Shown: positions 1 through 8,759 of the stretch, in pieces | Layout of the letters: each line of letters begins with the position of its first letter | Position numbering within the stretch: position 1 is the stretch's first letter | Virus record (IMG/VR): IMGVR_UViG_3300025087_000080 | Location: 1 to 56,733 of that record | Strand: one strand, 5' to 3' | DNA from: a virus | Taxonomy: Duplodnaviria; Caudoviricetes | Length of the DNA stretch: 56,733 nt | Program-made: the position numbers and the translations under genes | Notes under the pieces: generated by a model | Told to the model about the DNA's origin: nothing | What the model saw: only the letters and a program-made list of their open reading frames with translations | The model's database searches: none

Positions 1-159
1 CAAAACAAACTTCCTTGCATGACAGGGTCTCATGGCTCTGTCATGCAGGATTTTTCAGGAGATAAAATTCATGGCAAGACTTTCTAGTTTAACCAATGAG
101 TCAGGAGTATCGCAACTCATTAGCGAGATCTCGGCAACTGCGGTATTCGACTTAGGTGA
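1..159. repeat. Terminal overlap, copy 1 (circular assembly or terminal redundancy)
   Basis: 1-159 matches 56575-56733 except at positions 15-16 (TT vs AC) and 33 (T vs C); gene order is continuous across the join. Confidence 0.95.
13..55 (+). terminator. Hairpin plus T-tract between capsid-accessory genes
   Basis: TGCATGACAGGG...CTCTGTCATGCA stem followed by GGATTTTT, directly after the stop of 55826..56572 on the circle. Confidence 0.55.
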
Positions 160-826
160 TTCCTACGAGGATGATCGCGGAAAATTCATCTATTCGTGGG
201 CTGGTGGGGCAATTACACAGTATCAGACGCTTACAATGGACACGGCAGTTGGGGTGGACACTGTGACTTCTGGGGCTGCTGTGGCAGCTTACCTTGGGAA
301 AAAGTACGGAACGCATTCAATCATAACAGATGATGCTTCGGGCTTTACTTCTGGTGCTCTCTACAAGGGGTATTGGGGAGTTGTAGATGACTCTTCAACC
401 GCGGGCGAAAAGGGTCAGGGATTCCGAGTCGCGGATAACGACGCAGACAATCTGTTTCTCGAAGCTCCACTGACAACTCTCTTGGCAGACGCGGATGTTG
501 ACATTACGCTTTTCAATCCACACAGGGTCAAGCCGGTTGTAACAAACGCATTAAACGCTCCTGTTGGGGTGGCTCCGGTAAGCGTCACGGATGAGTATTA
601 TTTCTGGCGTCAAGTCGCTGGGATTGCGACCGTACTTGTTGCTGGCACTACAAACACGGCTGGTTTGTCGGTAGGAGTAACTGCGGAAGCAAACGGTGCT
701 GGGATACTGGCTATTGCGCAGTCGAGTTATCTTGATTATACAGCCTTCAACAAGGTTGGTGAGATTCTGTTTGGTGCGGGTAAGGACGATGCAGAAGTAA
801 TGGTGAAACTTACCTTGGGGTGGTGA
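71..826 (+). CDS. Capsid decoration/accessory protein, paralogue 2
   Basis: AGGAG SD before ATG 71; the ORF-track ATG at 32 is ACG in the second repeat copy. Shares the PVGVAP.xVTDEYYFWxQxxG motif with 55826..56572 and 828..1610, downstream of the MCP. Confidence 0.7.
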   Translation: MARLSSLTNESGVSQLISEISATAVFDLGDSYEDDRGKFIYSWAGGAITQYQTLTMDTAVGVDTVTSGAAVAAYLGKKYGTHSIITDDASGFTSGALYKGYWGVVDDSSTAGEKGQGFRVADNDADNLFLEAPLTTLLADADVDITLFNPHRVKPVVTNALNAPVGVAPVSVTDEYYFWRQVAGIATVLVAGTTNTAGLSVGVTAEANGAGILAIAQSSYLDYTAFNKVGEILFGAGKDDAEVMVKLTLGW

Positions 827-827
827 T

Positions 828-1610
828 ATGTCAAACCTAGTCAATGTATCTGCGAATAAACGATCAGCGGTGTATTTTCCAGATGTTTATGCTGCTACAA
901 GCGCAGAGCCAGACGACCCACACCCTAGCTACGCAACTTTTGTGCCATTAGATAGGTTCTATGATCTGGCAGGCAATGGGTATGTGCTCTCTGTAGCGGG
1001 TGCTGCGATAGAGGCTCATTCTGTTTTGACTCGTAGTATTGATACGGTAACCTTTGACGGTGTCACAAAAACCACTAGTATTGTGACTTACGGTGGTGTT
1101 GATTATGACCCAGAGCGGGTTATTGTAACAGCGGACACACTTGTGGCACAAGCATATCTATATCGTTTGGGTATGACATTTGGTGGGATTACTACTGGCG
1201 GGGGTCAACCATTCAAAGTTGTTGCAAACGACACATCGAGATTGTTCGTACAAGAGCCGTTTGAGGATCAGTCATTTGATTCTGTCACCGTGGTTTCACT
1301 CCGTCATGTAGTTGAGATCTCGGTTTCCACTCTTTCCCCTGTAGTAGGCGTATCTCCTATTGATGTTCCTGCGGATTATTATTTCTGGATGCAGGTTTCG
1401 GGGATTGCCCCTGTGCGCATTCACGGGAGTTCTTGCCAAAACGGGATGCCTGTTGTAAGTTTAGGCGGGAAGAAGGGATACGCTAGTGTTCGTTCGACAT
1501 TCAAGGGTGATAATTCTGCGTATGCTCCGGTGATTGGTTATATTCTTCTCTGCGATAGTAACAAAAAGGACGGTACAGCACTAGTCTCGCTCACAGGAGA
1601 GCTTTCGTGA
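828..1610 (+). CDS. Capsid decoration/accessory protein, paralogue 3
   Basis: PVVGVSPIDVPADYYFWMQVSG motif and same overall layout as the two preceding genes. Confidence 0.65.
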   Translation: MSNLVNVSANKRSAVYFPDVYAATSAEPDDPHPSYATFVPLDRFYDLAGNGYVLSVAGAAIEAHSVLTRSIDTVTFDGVTKTTSIVTYGGVDYDPERVIVTADTLVAQAYLYRLGMTFGGITTGGGQPFKVVANDTSRLFVQEPFEDQSFDSVTVVSLRHVVEISVSTLSPVVGVSPIDVPADYYFWMQVSGIAPVRIHGSSCQNGMPVVSLGGKKGYASVRSTFKGDNSAYAPVIGYILLCDSNKKDGTALVSLTGELS

Positions 1611-2722
1611 TTCTGTCAACCGAAGTTCTATATGATTATGAAAACCGATTGATGGTGTATGGGTATGGTGCGCCTGTAAATGACCTGTTCCCTATTCAAC
1701 TGATGAACGATGCTGTTGAGAGGCTTGCACGTGAAACACTCTGCATTGAACGTCCTGACCAAGTTGTTGCATTAGATGAACGAGTCAAAGAGGGAACATA
1801 CACTGCGGATGCGGGAACAAACACCACTTCAATAGTCGATACAGAACTTGATTCAACAACTAACGATAACTATAATGGTTATCGTTTAACCAATATCACA
1901 CGAGGCAAACAAGCGTGGGTCACTGATTACGTTGGAAGTACTCAAACCCTTTCTCTTAGTCCCGCAATCGTGGGTCAAACTACAGCAGACGAGTACTATA
2001 TCGAGAATCTGACCAATAGGGCTCGGTTGCCTCGTGATTTTATTTCAGAGTTCTATATTCATTGGGGTGAAAACAACTCGCCGCTGATAAAGATAGATAG
2101 CAAGACTCTTCGTAACTTGGAGAACTCACAGCCACAGGCTGGGACTCCTCAATTCTATTACATTGAGAATAACTATCTTCGGCTATTCCCCTACCCTGGC
2201 TCTGCGAATGTTGTCCATTACGGCTATTATGCAATACCGCATCCTGTAGTGATAGGCGATACAAGTGCTGTTTCAACAGCGGGAACAGAGATCAAATTAA
2301 GCCTTGAACTGTCAAAACAGTATCCAGCCTATCGGTTGATAGGGGCGGAGATCCACATTCTTGAAGGAACGTATGAAGGTGAATCTTCTACAATTACAGC
2401 CTTCACAAGCTCCACCGCTGTGGCGAATGTTTACCCTGCATTTACGGGGAATATCGCAAGCGGAACAACTTACACCACATTGATAGACCTGCCCGACGAT
2501 TTTCAGCATGGGATTAAGCATTTTATGCTGTATAATACGCTTCAAATGCGCAAGGGATTTGAAGTGTTTGCAAAGAACGAGTACGGATTCTGGCTCGAAT
2601 TTCTCGAAGAAGCCAAGCGCACAATGTCTAATCGTAAATCCGCAACTAATCTTCGGTTGCGATCTACAAGCGGGATAGTATTTACCCCGACAATAACCTT
2701 TGATACGAGCAATGTCTTATGA
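1607..2722 (+). CDS. Putative head-tail adaptor with two inserted beta-rich repeats
   Basis: Helical N-terminus, 'LPRDF...GTPQFYY...LRLFPYP' core and 'DLPDDFQHGI' C-terminus typical of adaptor proteins; position after capsid genes. Confidence 0.6.
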   Translation: MILSTEVLYDYENRLMVYGYGAPVNDLFPIQLMNDAVERLARETLCIERPDQVVALDERVKEGTYTADAGTNTTSIVDTELDSTTNDNYNGYRLTNITRGKQAWVTDYVGSTQTLSLSPAIVGQTTADEYYIENLTNRARLPRDFISEFYIHWGENNSPLIKIDSKTLRNLENSQPQAGTPQFYYIENNYLRLFPYPGSANVVHYGYYAIPHPVVIGDTSAVSTAGTEIKLSLELSKQYPAYRLIGAEIHILEGTYEGESSTITAFTSSTAVANVYPAFTGNIASGTTYTTLIDLPDDFQHGIKHFMLYNTLQMRKGFEVFAKNEYGFWLEFLEEAKRTMSNRKSATNLRLRSTSGIVFTPTITFDTSNVL

Positions 2723-3762
2723 CATACGATGAGCTTGAATATAACCTTGGGTATCCGTTGCGGGAGAGTGACAGTTCTTCAACTAACTGGGCTCGTTATC
2801 CACAATCGCTAAGGCGTGATGCGATACGAGCCGCGGAATTGCGGATTGCACTAGACCTCCCCGTGGAAAAAGTCGCCAGTCTCCGCACCAAGGTATCGCT
2901 ATCGCTCGATGCGAACTATCAAGTAAATCTTAATAGTTCATCTGTGTTACCCCATCCGCTGTTGAAAATAATCGGGTTCATGGATGGTGACCGTGGAATC
3001 ACTATCATGCCACCAGACTATAAGAAAAGGGTGAATAGATTTGCACTGCGCAATCGTGATCCATTGGCATACCATATTGAGGGAAACCTGTATGAGTTCA
3101 AGTATGGCAACAGCGTAGCTTACGGAGACGCAGATCCGGTAATATATTATATCAGATACCCTAAGAGCTATGAACAATTCTTTCCAGGTTACCTTCTTGG
3201 TGGAACCGCAGCAACAACTGCTATGAGTTCGTGGGTAGCTGTCACGTCTGGATCGTTTTCAATATCCATTGATGGCTCAAGCTCTAACCGAACGGGGATA
3301 AATTTTAGTGCAGCTACTGCGATGGATGATGTTGCTTCGATTATTCAAACCTCTTTGCGGGCAGTGGCTACAGGCGGATTCACGCTTTCCACCTGCATTT
3401 GGGATGATGAGGCGGGACGCCTTGTTATCACATCGGGGACTACATCGGGAATAACCTCTGTAAGCGTAGCGGGCGGAGGTTTAGCGGGGACAGATGTTTC
3501 TGGAGTAGGAGCAACTGCGTTCATGGATTGTGATTCTGGAGGGACTGGAGTATCGGCTGTGACAGGACAAGCAGAATTTGAGTGGGGAACGCAAGAAATG
3601 GAATTGCTCGGGCACGAGCAGAGCATTCTCAATTACGCAACTTACTATTGTCTCTCGCAAACGCAGGAGCTTGAATCTGCAAAGCACTATCTTGAAATGT
3701 ATTATGAATATATTAGGTCTTATGATAGTGCTATAGTTCACGACAAAGCACGTGGGAGATAA
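2719..3762 (+). CDS. Second putative adaptor/tail tubular protein with Gly/Ser/Thr-rich insertion
   Basis: MTYDEL... start, 'IYYIRYP' and 'HEQSILNYATYYCL' adaptor-like motifs; ATGA overlap with the previous gene. Confidence 0.55.
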   Translation: MTYDELEYNLGYPLRESDSSSTNWARYPQSLRRDAIRAAELRIALDLPVEKVASLRTKVSLSLDANYQVNLNSSSVLPHPLLKIIGFMDGDRGITIMPPDYKKRVNRFALRNRDPLAYHIEGNLYEFKYGNSVAYGDADPVIYYIRYPKSYEQFFPGYLLGGTAATTAMSSWVAVTSGSFSISIDGSSSNRTGINFSAATAMDDVASIIQTSLRAVATGGFTLSTCIWDDEAGRLVITSGTTSGITSVSVAGGGLAGTDVSGVGATAFMDCDSGGTGVSAVTGQAEFEWGTQEMELLGHEQSILNYATYYCLSQTQELESAKHYLEMYYEYIRSYDSAIVHDKARGR

Positions 3763-3768
3763 TACCCT

Positions 3769-4281
3769 GTGCGTCCTAAATATAATAATATACCATTAAG
3801 CAGAAACAAAACATTATGGCAATTAGCAATAGAGAATCTTACGGGGAAACCAGCGGGGACAATTATCCCTCCGGCAAGGAGGCTATATTCTCTTCCTTAT
3901 CAAGGTGTTTTTATATCAACAAGGGTCATTGCATACAACGAGGCAGAAGCCTCTGTAGCGTTATTAAATCCCGATTCTGGGATTATGGTACGTGGCGTTT
4001 ATGTTGAGGTAGAGACGGCGTTTGATGGAACGCCAGCCCTGGATATTGGAGATGGCGACAATGCTCAGGGGTATTTGACATTAAACACAAGCGCACTTGC
4101 AAAGACGGGGTGGTATGGTCACGATAGGCAATATGTAGGTGAGCATTTGGTTAAAGACGGGGTAAGTAGAAATAAGATTTACTCCAGTGATGACATTTTC
4201 CCTATTGCCTCATTCACAGCGGGAAGTGCAACAGTAGGGAGTGCAACTGTGTATGTAGAATACATTAAGCTAAAGGGGTAA
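3769..4281 (+). CDS. Virion structural protein (beta-sandwich type)
   Basis: 'VEVETAFDGTPALDIGDG...ATVGSATVYVEY' pattern common in minor virion proteins; structural operon context. Confidence 0.5.
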   Translation: MRPKYNNIPLSRNKTLWQLAIENLTGKPAGTIIPPARRLYSLPYQGVFISTRVIAYNEAEASVALLNPDSGIMVRGVYVEVETAFDGTPALDIGDGDNAQGYLTLNTSALAKTGWYGHDRQYVGEHLVKDGVSRNKIYSSDDIFPIASFTAGSATVGSATVYVEYIKLKG

Positions 4282-4288
4282 TAATAAA

Positions 4289-4426
4289 ATGCCAAAAGGT
4301 TATGAGAAGATGTGTGATAAGTTCAAGAAGGAAGGGATGTCTGAGAAAAAAGCCAAAGAGAAGGCTGCTAAAATCTGGAATGAAAAACATCCAGACAATC
4401 CTGTTCACAAAGGGAAAAAGAAATAG
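4289..4426 (+). CDS. Small basic protein (45 aa, not in ORF track)
   Basis: ORF MPKGYEKMCDKFKKEGMSEKKAKEKAAKIWNEKHPDNPVHKGKKK fills the gap exactly; its stop overlaps the next start. Confidence 0.65.
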   Translation: MPKGYEKMCDKFKKEGMSEKKAKEKAAKIWNEKHPDNPVHKGKKK

Positions 4427-7400
4427 TGAAGTTATTATCTCCTAAAGAGCAACTGCTAACTATACCTGGCGGGATTGGGATAAACCTCTCTATTGATCCA
4501 GAGATCCTTGATCCCACAAGGAAACTCGCTTATCTGAATAACCTGGATATGCGATACCCCGGGCTATGGACTAAACGTATTCCACGGATTCAGCAAACAT
4601 TCACGGGGTCGGCGTTAGCTAGTGCGCTCTACGGGTTCTTTTTCTTTGAGAAAAACGATGGTACTTATTATGATTTATTCATAGATACAAGTGCCAGCTA
4701 TAACAGATTGCTCACCCGTAAGTATACGGGTTCAACTCCTGGGGCAAATGTTATAGTAGATGCGGACATGTTTACCCAACTATTGTATGTAAACCATGTT
4801 CGGTTCCGAGATATTTTATTCATGTTTAACGGCACTGACGCATTCAAGTATTTCAGCGGTGATACTTCGGGAAGTTATACTGAGAATGTGGACTTCGGGA
4901 ACGCTGGAGTTTACGAACCGACATTGAAGCCATTTGGCTATGCTACAAATTACGGGAATATGTTTGCTTATTCTCAATACAATGAGGATGAGATCCCTTT
5001 CCTTGGCGGTTACGGGTGCGGAATGGTTCAGTACAAGTACCTGTACGAGTTTGACGACGGGGAATTGTATGGGAATGTCGGTCCTAGCGGCTATCATCCA
5101 CACCAGTATTATAGCACATTAACTTCAACTATTCCGTTCTGCGAATTTCAATGGATTGGCAGATACAAGTTTGATAACATCTACGGTTATTATGAAACTG
5201 CTGCTGCCGATAATGCTCTTGTAACAGCGAGAATCCTTTGTTCGAGACACAAGACCTTTGCAGATCAACCCTTCAGCGCGTATGAACGGTTGGATATTCG
5301 CAACACTAACGCATTGAATGTTTCCAATTACGGGGGAACAAATTACCCCGATTGGCTCGATGCTCAGGTTCGGTCTGGTGTAGCTGTAGATACGGATAAT
5401 GATTCACCTCCGAGATTTAAGTATGCAGTAACTGTTGGTGGTGATGAAGGGGTTATTGTTTGGGGAAACCAAGTGGTTTCTCGCACAATCCCCTACCCTG
5501 TGCCACGAAAGCAGTTGACAGAGGATTGGGGAACCCCTACTCGCAGGCGTAAAATCACGATCCAGAATAATTCAGGGCGAACCTTTACAAGACCTACGGT
5601 GCGAGTGGTTCTCGCAAGCACGGACTTCAATGTTGGTGCTACACGAGCAACAGGCTGGACAACAGATGGATATGGCGATCTGGTATTCACAGCACTTGAC
5701 GGACGAACAGTTTGGGACTGCGTGCTGGACTCTCATACCCTAACAACTGAAGGGTCGATTGCTTTTATTGTTACGCCCCCAGAACTTGTTGCGGGTGAAA
5801 CGCTTTCGGGATATGTGTACTATAGTGATCCCGCGGGATTGACAACTTACGCCTCGGGAACTCGTGTATATCACCCATATTATGTGAACAGCGATGAAGT
5901 GTTTAACTCGTGGTGTACAGACTATTATTGGCCTCCGAACACAACCGTAACGGCTAACAATGACTATATCCGCAATCGGGCAACGTGGCTCGGATCTGAA
6001 AGTAAAAGTGATGGGGTTTTCCAGGGGACGCTTGGTCATGTTCTATGGATTGGTGGGCAAGGAGCACGTTCCTATGGTTTAGTGACTAGCACTACTTTTG
6101 GAACCAGACCGATGGCTCAACTTCAAAACCCGGATTATATAAACATAATGAGAGACGATGATAATGACTATAATGATGCAATTGGTCACGTATTAGAGAA
6201 TATGACATTTGAATTATGGTTTAAGAAACCATCTGCTTTTACAATAGCGCCGGACGCTTACTATGTCATTTGGTCATATACAGAGTCTCCTGGTGGAGAT
6301 GATGCTTGGATTGTTGTTTATTTACACAATGCAGATTTGAAAATTCAAATAGGGGAAACTGGTGGCGGATTAACACAAACAATAATTGTTGCAGGGGTTG
6401 GAACCGCTGTTGATAATGATGACTGGTGCTATCTCGGGATTTCAATTGATAGCGGAAAGAATATCAACACTTGCTTTGTCGCCGTTGATGAGGATAATGC
6501 AATAACCGATTGGGGTGATTTTATCACAGACACGGACACTTTAACGTACTGGCCGTATGAGCTTTCTGGTGGTTTTTCACTAGGGTGCAATAATGTTTTA
6601 GATACTTATGAGGCGTTTCATAACACACTAGCTATGTATCTTAACGAGTGTGTTATTACAGAGCGGGCGAAAAGCATTGCAGAGATGAAGGAGCGGGCTC
6701 GTGATCGCACATTCCATGATAATACTACAGAAACGGATCAGCCGAGTTTAACTGTGACTCTTGATTCCGAAGAGACGCTCACTGGGACAACGGAATCTAA
6801 CTCTAATCTTATCGGTTGGACTAAACAGGGAATTGAAGTATTCCCTACGGTTTATCAGCACGCTTGCCCGAGCGAGGTAAACGGATTGCTCGAATGGCAG
6901 GACGACGCCATAGTGTTTGGTCAAAATTGGATTAGCCGATTGGTCACAAATGGCACGCCTGACCAGTGGCAAACACTTGAGAATATAGCACAAGAGGCAG
7001 GTGATATAGGGTGTGTGGCGGATAAATGCCTATTCAAAACAGACACCGCAATGATATTTATGTCAAGCAAGGGGCTCTATGCTTGGAACGGGAGTGGCTC
7101 CCCTAATTGCATATCGGATGACCTGAATGGTCGATGGCTTGACAGTGCCTATTTCGGGCAAGCAATGATGAGGAATGCTGTTGGGTTTTACTGGCCGAAG
7201 TGGGATCAAATCTTTGTCTCAATTCCCGATGTAGGGTCGAGCACTGCGACTAAGTGCTATGTCATGGATTGGAGTGAATATCGCAGAAGCGGGAAAACAG
7301 AGTGGACTGAGTATAGCTTTGGATTGCGTACACCATTGCTGAAAAATGGATCAATCGACGCAGACGATATGTGGTTTTCCTCAGTTGCTAATGCCAGGGT

Positions 7401-7797
7401 GTTTAAGCGAGCAACGGGCACTGCATCACAAACACCATCACAATTTTACAAGGATTGGGTGAATGGTGCTGTTGTTGTTATTGACTGGGATATTCACACA
7501 AGTGAAATACCTTTTGATGAGGTTGAGGTAACAGCGATTGATTTGAAAATGGATCAAAAGATAGAGGCTGGTACTGATGAAAGCAACAAGACGGTTAGTG
7601 TCAATTTATACAGAGAAGAAAGCTCGTTCAAGGACTTTGGATCAAGGACGTTATCAAAAACACAACCCTTGCGCGTACCTCCGAAAATTGCAGATAGCGC
7701 ACAAGTTCGGCTGTCTCCAGACGGAGCAACAGATACAGACCAAGACCCTATATGCGAGACCAGAATCAAGCGAATCGAAATTGCCTATAAAGGATAG
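4426..7797 (+). CDS. Putative tail nozzle/tubular protein with inserted DUF2341-like and LamG/ConA-like domains
   Basis: 1123 aa. C-terminal 'DIGCVADK...MIFMSSKGLYAWNGS...ISDDL' nozzle-type motifs; internal 'W..RRKITIQNNS...DLVFT..DG' and 'TFELWFK...WCYLGIS...LNE' segments. Confidence 0.65.
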   Translation: MKLLSPKEQLLTIPGGIGINLSIDPEILDPTRKLAYLNNLDMRYPGLWTKRIPRIQQTFTGSALASALYGFFFFEKNDGTYYDLFIDTSASYNRLLTRKYTGSTPGANVIVDADMFTQLLYVNHVRFRDILFMFNGTDAFKYFSGDTSGSYTENVDFGNAGVYEPTLKPFGYATNYGNMFAYSQYNEDEIPFLGGYGCGMVQYKYLYEFDDGELYGNVGPSGYHPHQYYSTLTSTIPFCEFQWIGRYKFDNIYGYYETAAADNALVTARILCSRHKTFADQPFSAYERLDIRNTNALNVSNYGGTNYPDWLDAQVRSGVAVDTDNDSPPRFKYAVTVGGDEGVIVWGNQVVSRTIPYPVPRKQLTEDWGTPTRRRKITIQNNSGRTFTRPTVRVVLASTDFNVGATRATGWTTDGYGDLVFTALDGRTVWDCVLDSHTLTTEGSIAFIVTPPELVAGETLSGYVYYSDPAGLTTYASGTRVYHPYYVNSDEVFNSWCTDYYWPPNTTVTANNDYIRNRATWLGSESKSDGVFQGTLGHVLWIGGQGARSYGLVTSTTFGTRPMAQLQNPDYINIMRDDDNDYNDAIGHVLENMTFELWFKKPSAFTIAPDAYYVIWSYTESPGGDDAWIVVYLHNADLKIQIGETGGGLTQTIIVAGVGTAVDNDDWCYLGISIDSGKNINTCFVAVDEDNAITDWGDFITDTDTLTYWPYELSGGFSLGCNNVLDTYEAFHNTLAMYLNECVITERAKSIAEMKERARDRTFHDNTTETDQPSLTVTLDSEETLTGTTESNSNLIGWTKQGIEVFPTVYQHACPSEVNGLLEWQDDAIVFGQNWISRLVTNGTPDQWQTLENIAQEAGDIGCVADKCLFKTDTAMIFMSSKGLYAWNGSGSPNCISDDLNGRWLDSAYFGQAMMRNAVGFYWPKWDQIFVSIPDVGSSTATKCYVMDWSEYRRSGKTEWTEYSFGLRTPLLKNGSIDADDMWFSSVANARVFKRATGTASQTPSQFYKDWVNGAVVVIDWDIHTSEIPFDEVEVTAIDLKMDQKIEAGTDESNKTVSVNLYREESSFKDFGSRTLSKTQPLRVPPKIADSAQVRLSPDGATDTDQDPICETRIKRIEIAYKG

Positions 7798-7802
7798 GAT
7801 AG

Positions 7803-8129
7803 ATGGCAATACAGCGTCAAGGTGATCCACGATCAAGGGCACAGAATAGCAAGGTGGTTACGCCACCGAGAACGTCTAAGCTGAATAAAGAGCCTCACCC
7901 TTCTGAATTTGTGGAGGGTGAAATCAAGGTCGGGAAATTTCTGGATAACAGGCGGAATAAATCCCTTGAACATGATGCACTTCAGATTCGCGTAAATGGT
8001 GTCATAAAGTCAATCCCCTTCTTAGATATAGATTGGGACAATGATACGGAAGAATTAGCGTTACAGTTGACTGTGAATGACAAGGGAATTACGAGAACCT
8101 TTCGATTCATAGCCACGGAGGTTATTTAA
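7803..8129 (+). CDS. Hypothetical virion-module protein
   Basis: SD AGGATAGGA; in the late operon after the nozzle gene. Confidence 0.55.
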   Translation: MAIQRQGDPRSRAQNSKVVTPPRTSKLNKEPHPSEFVEGEIKVGKFLDNRRNKSLEHDALQIRVNGVIKSIPFLDIDWDNDTEELALQLTVNDKGITRTFRFIATEVI

Positions 8130-8130
8130 C

Positions 8131-8721
8131 ATGCCCTTACCATTATTAGCAATTTTCGCTATATCAGCAGCGGCAAAACTCGGCACTGAACTATTGAGAC
8201 CAGATTCAAGCAAGTTATATGAAGACATGCCCGAGTTCAAAGACAACCCTTATCTCATGAATGCTTTGCGGGATGCAGAGGCTCGGTCAAAAGATCCTGG
8301 TGTGTTCGAGAAGAGCATTCAGGTTTCAAGCCGGCAACTTGCTCCGCTGATTCGCCAGCAATATCAGGCTGCGAAGGAGGCGTATGGGAAAAATCCTGCG
8401 CTGTACAGCAAGGCTTCAGAACAAATATCACAAAATTCTGGTACGCTTTTCAGCAGGATATTTGATCGTGCCTATCAAGAGAATGAAGCGGCAAAAGCTG
8501 CCGCACAACAGCAAGTAACTAGTCTTGCTTCGCTTCAATTCCAGTCAGAATCGCAGAAAGCGCAGATGCTTGCGCAGTTGAAGGCTGAGGATCAGCAGAG
8601 GCTCTATGACACGTTTGGCGACCTATTCGGTTCGGGTGCGTCAGTGTTTGCAAATTTATACGGGCAGCAAACAGGGATGGGCAGTTTACCCACGCAATCT
8701 TCGGGAAATATACCACAGTGA
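8131..8721 (+). CDS. Putative internal virion/ejection protein
   Basis: MPLPLLAI hydrophobic N-terminus, Gln/Ala-rich helices, Gly-rich C-terminus; first of three genes of increasing size typical of podoviral ejection modules. Confidence 0.6.
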   Translation: MPLPLLAIFAISAAAKLGTELLRPDSSKLYEDMPEFKDNPYLMNALRDAEARSKDPGVFEKSIQVSSRQLAPLIRQQYQAAKEAYGKNPALYSKASEQISQNSGTLFSRIFDRAYQENEAAKAAAQQQVTSLASLQFQSESQKAQMLAQLKAEDQQRLYDTFGDLFGSGASVFANLYGQQTGMGSLPTQSSGNIPQ

Positions 8722-8759
8722 GTTGAGTAGCAGAACGCTACACAATAGGATAAATCATA

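Noticed and set aside
32-70. N-terminal extension of the first ORF from ATG 32
   Set aside because: It lies within a hairpin, is ACG in the other repeat copy, and the SD precedes ATG 71.
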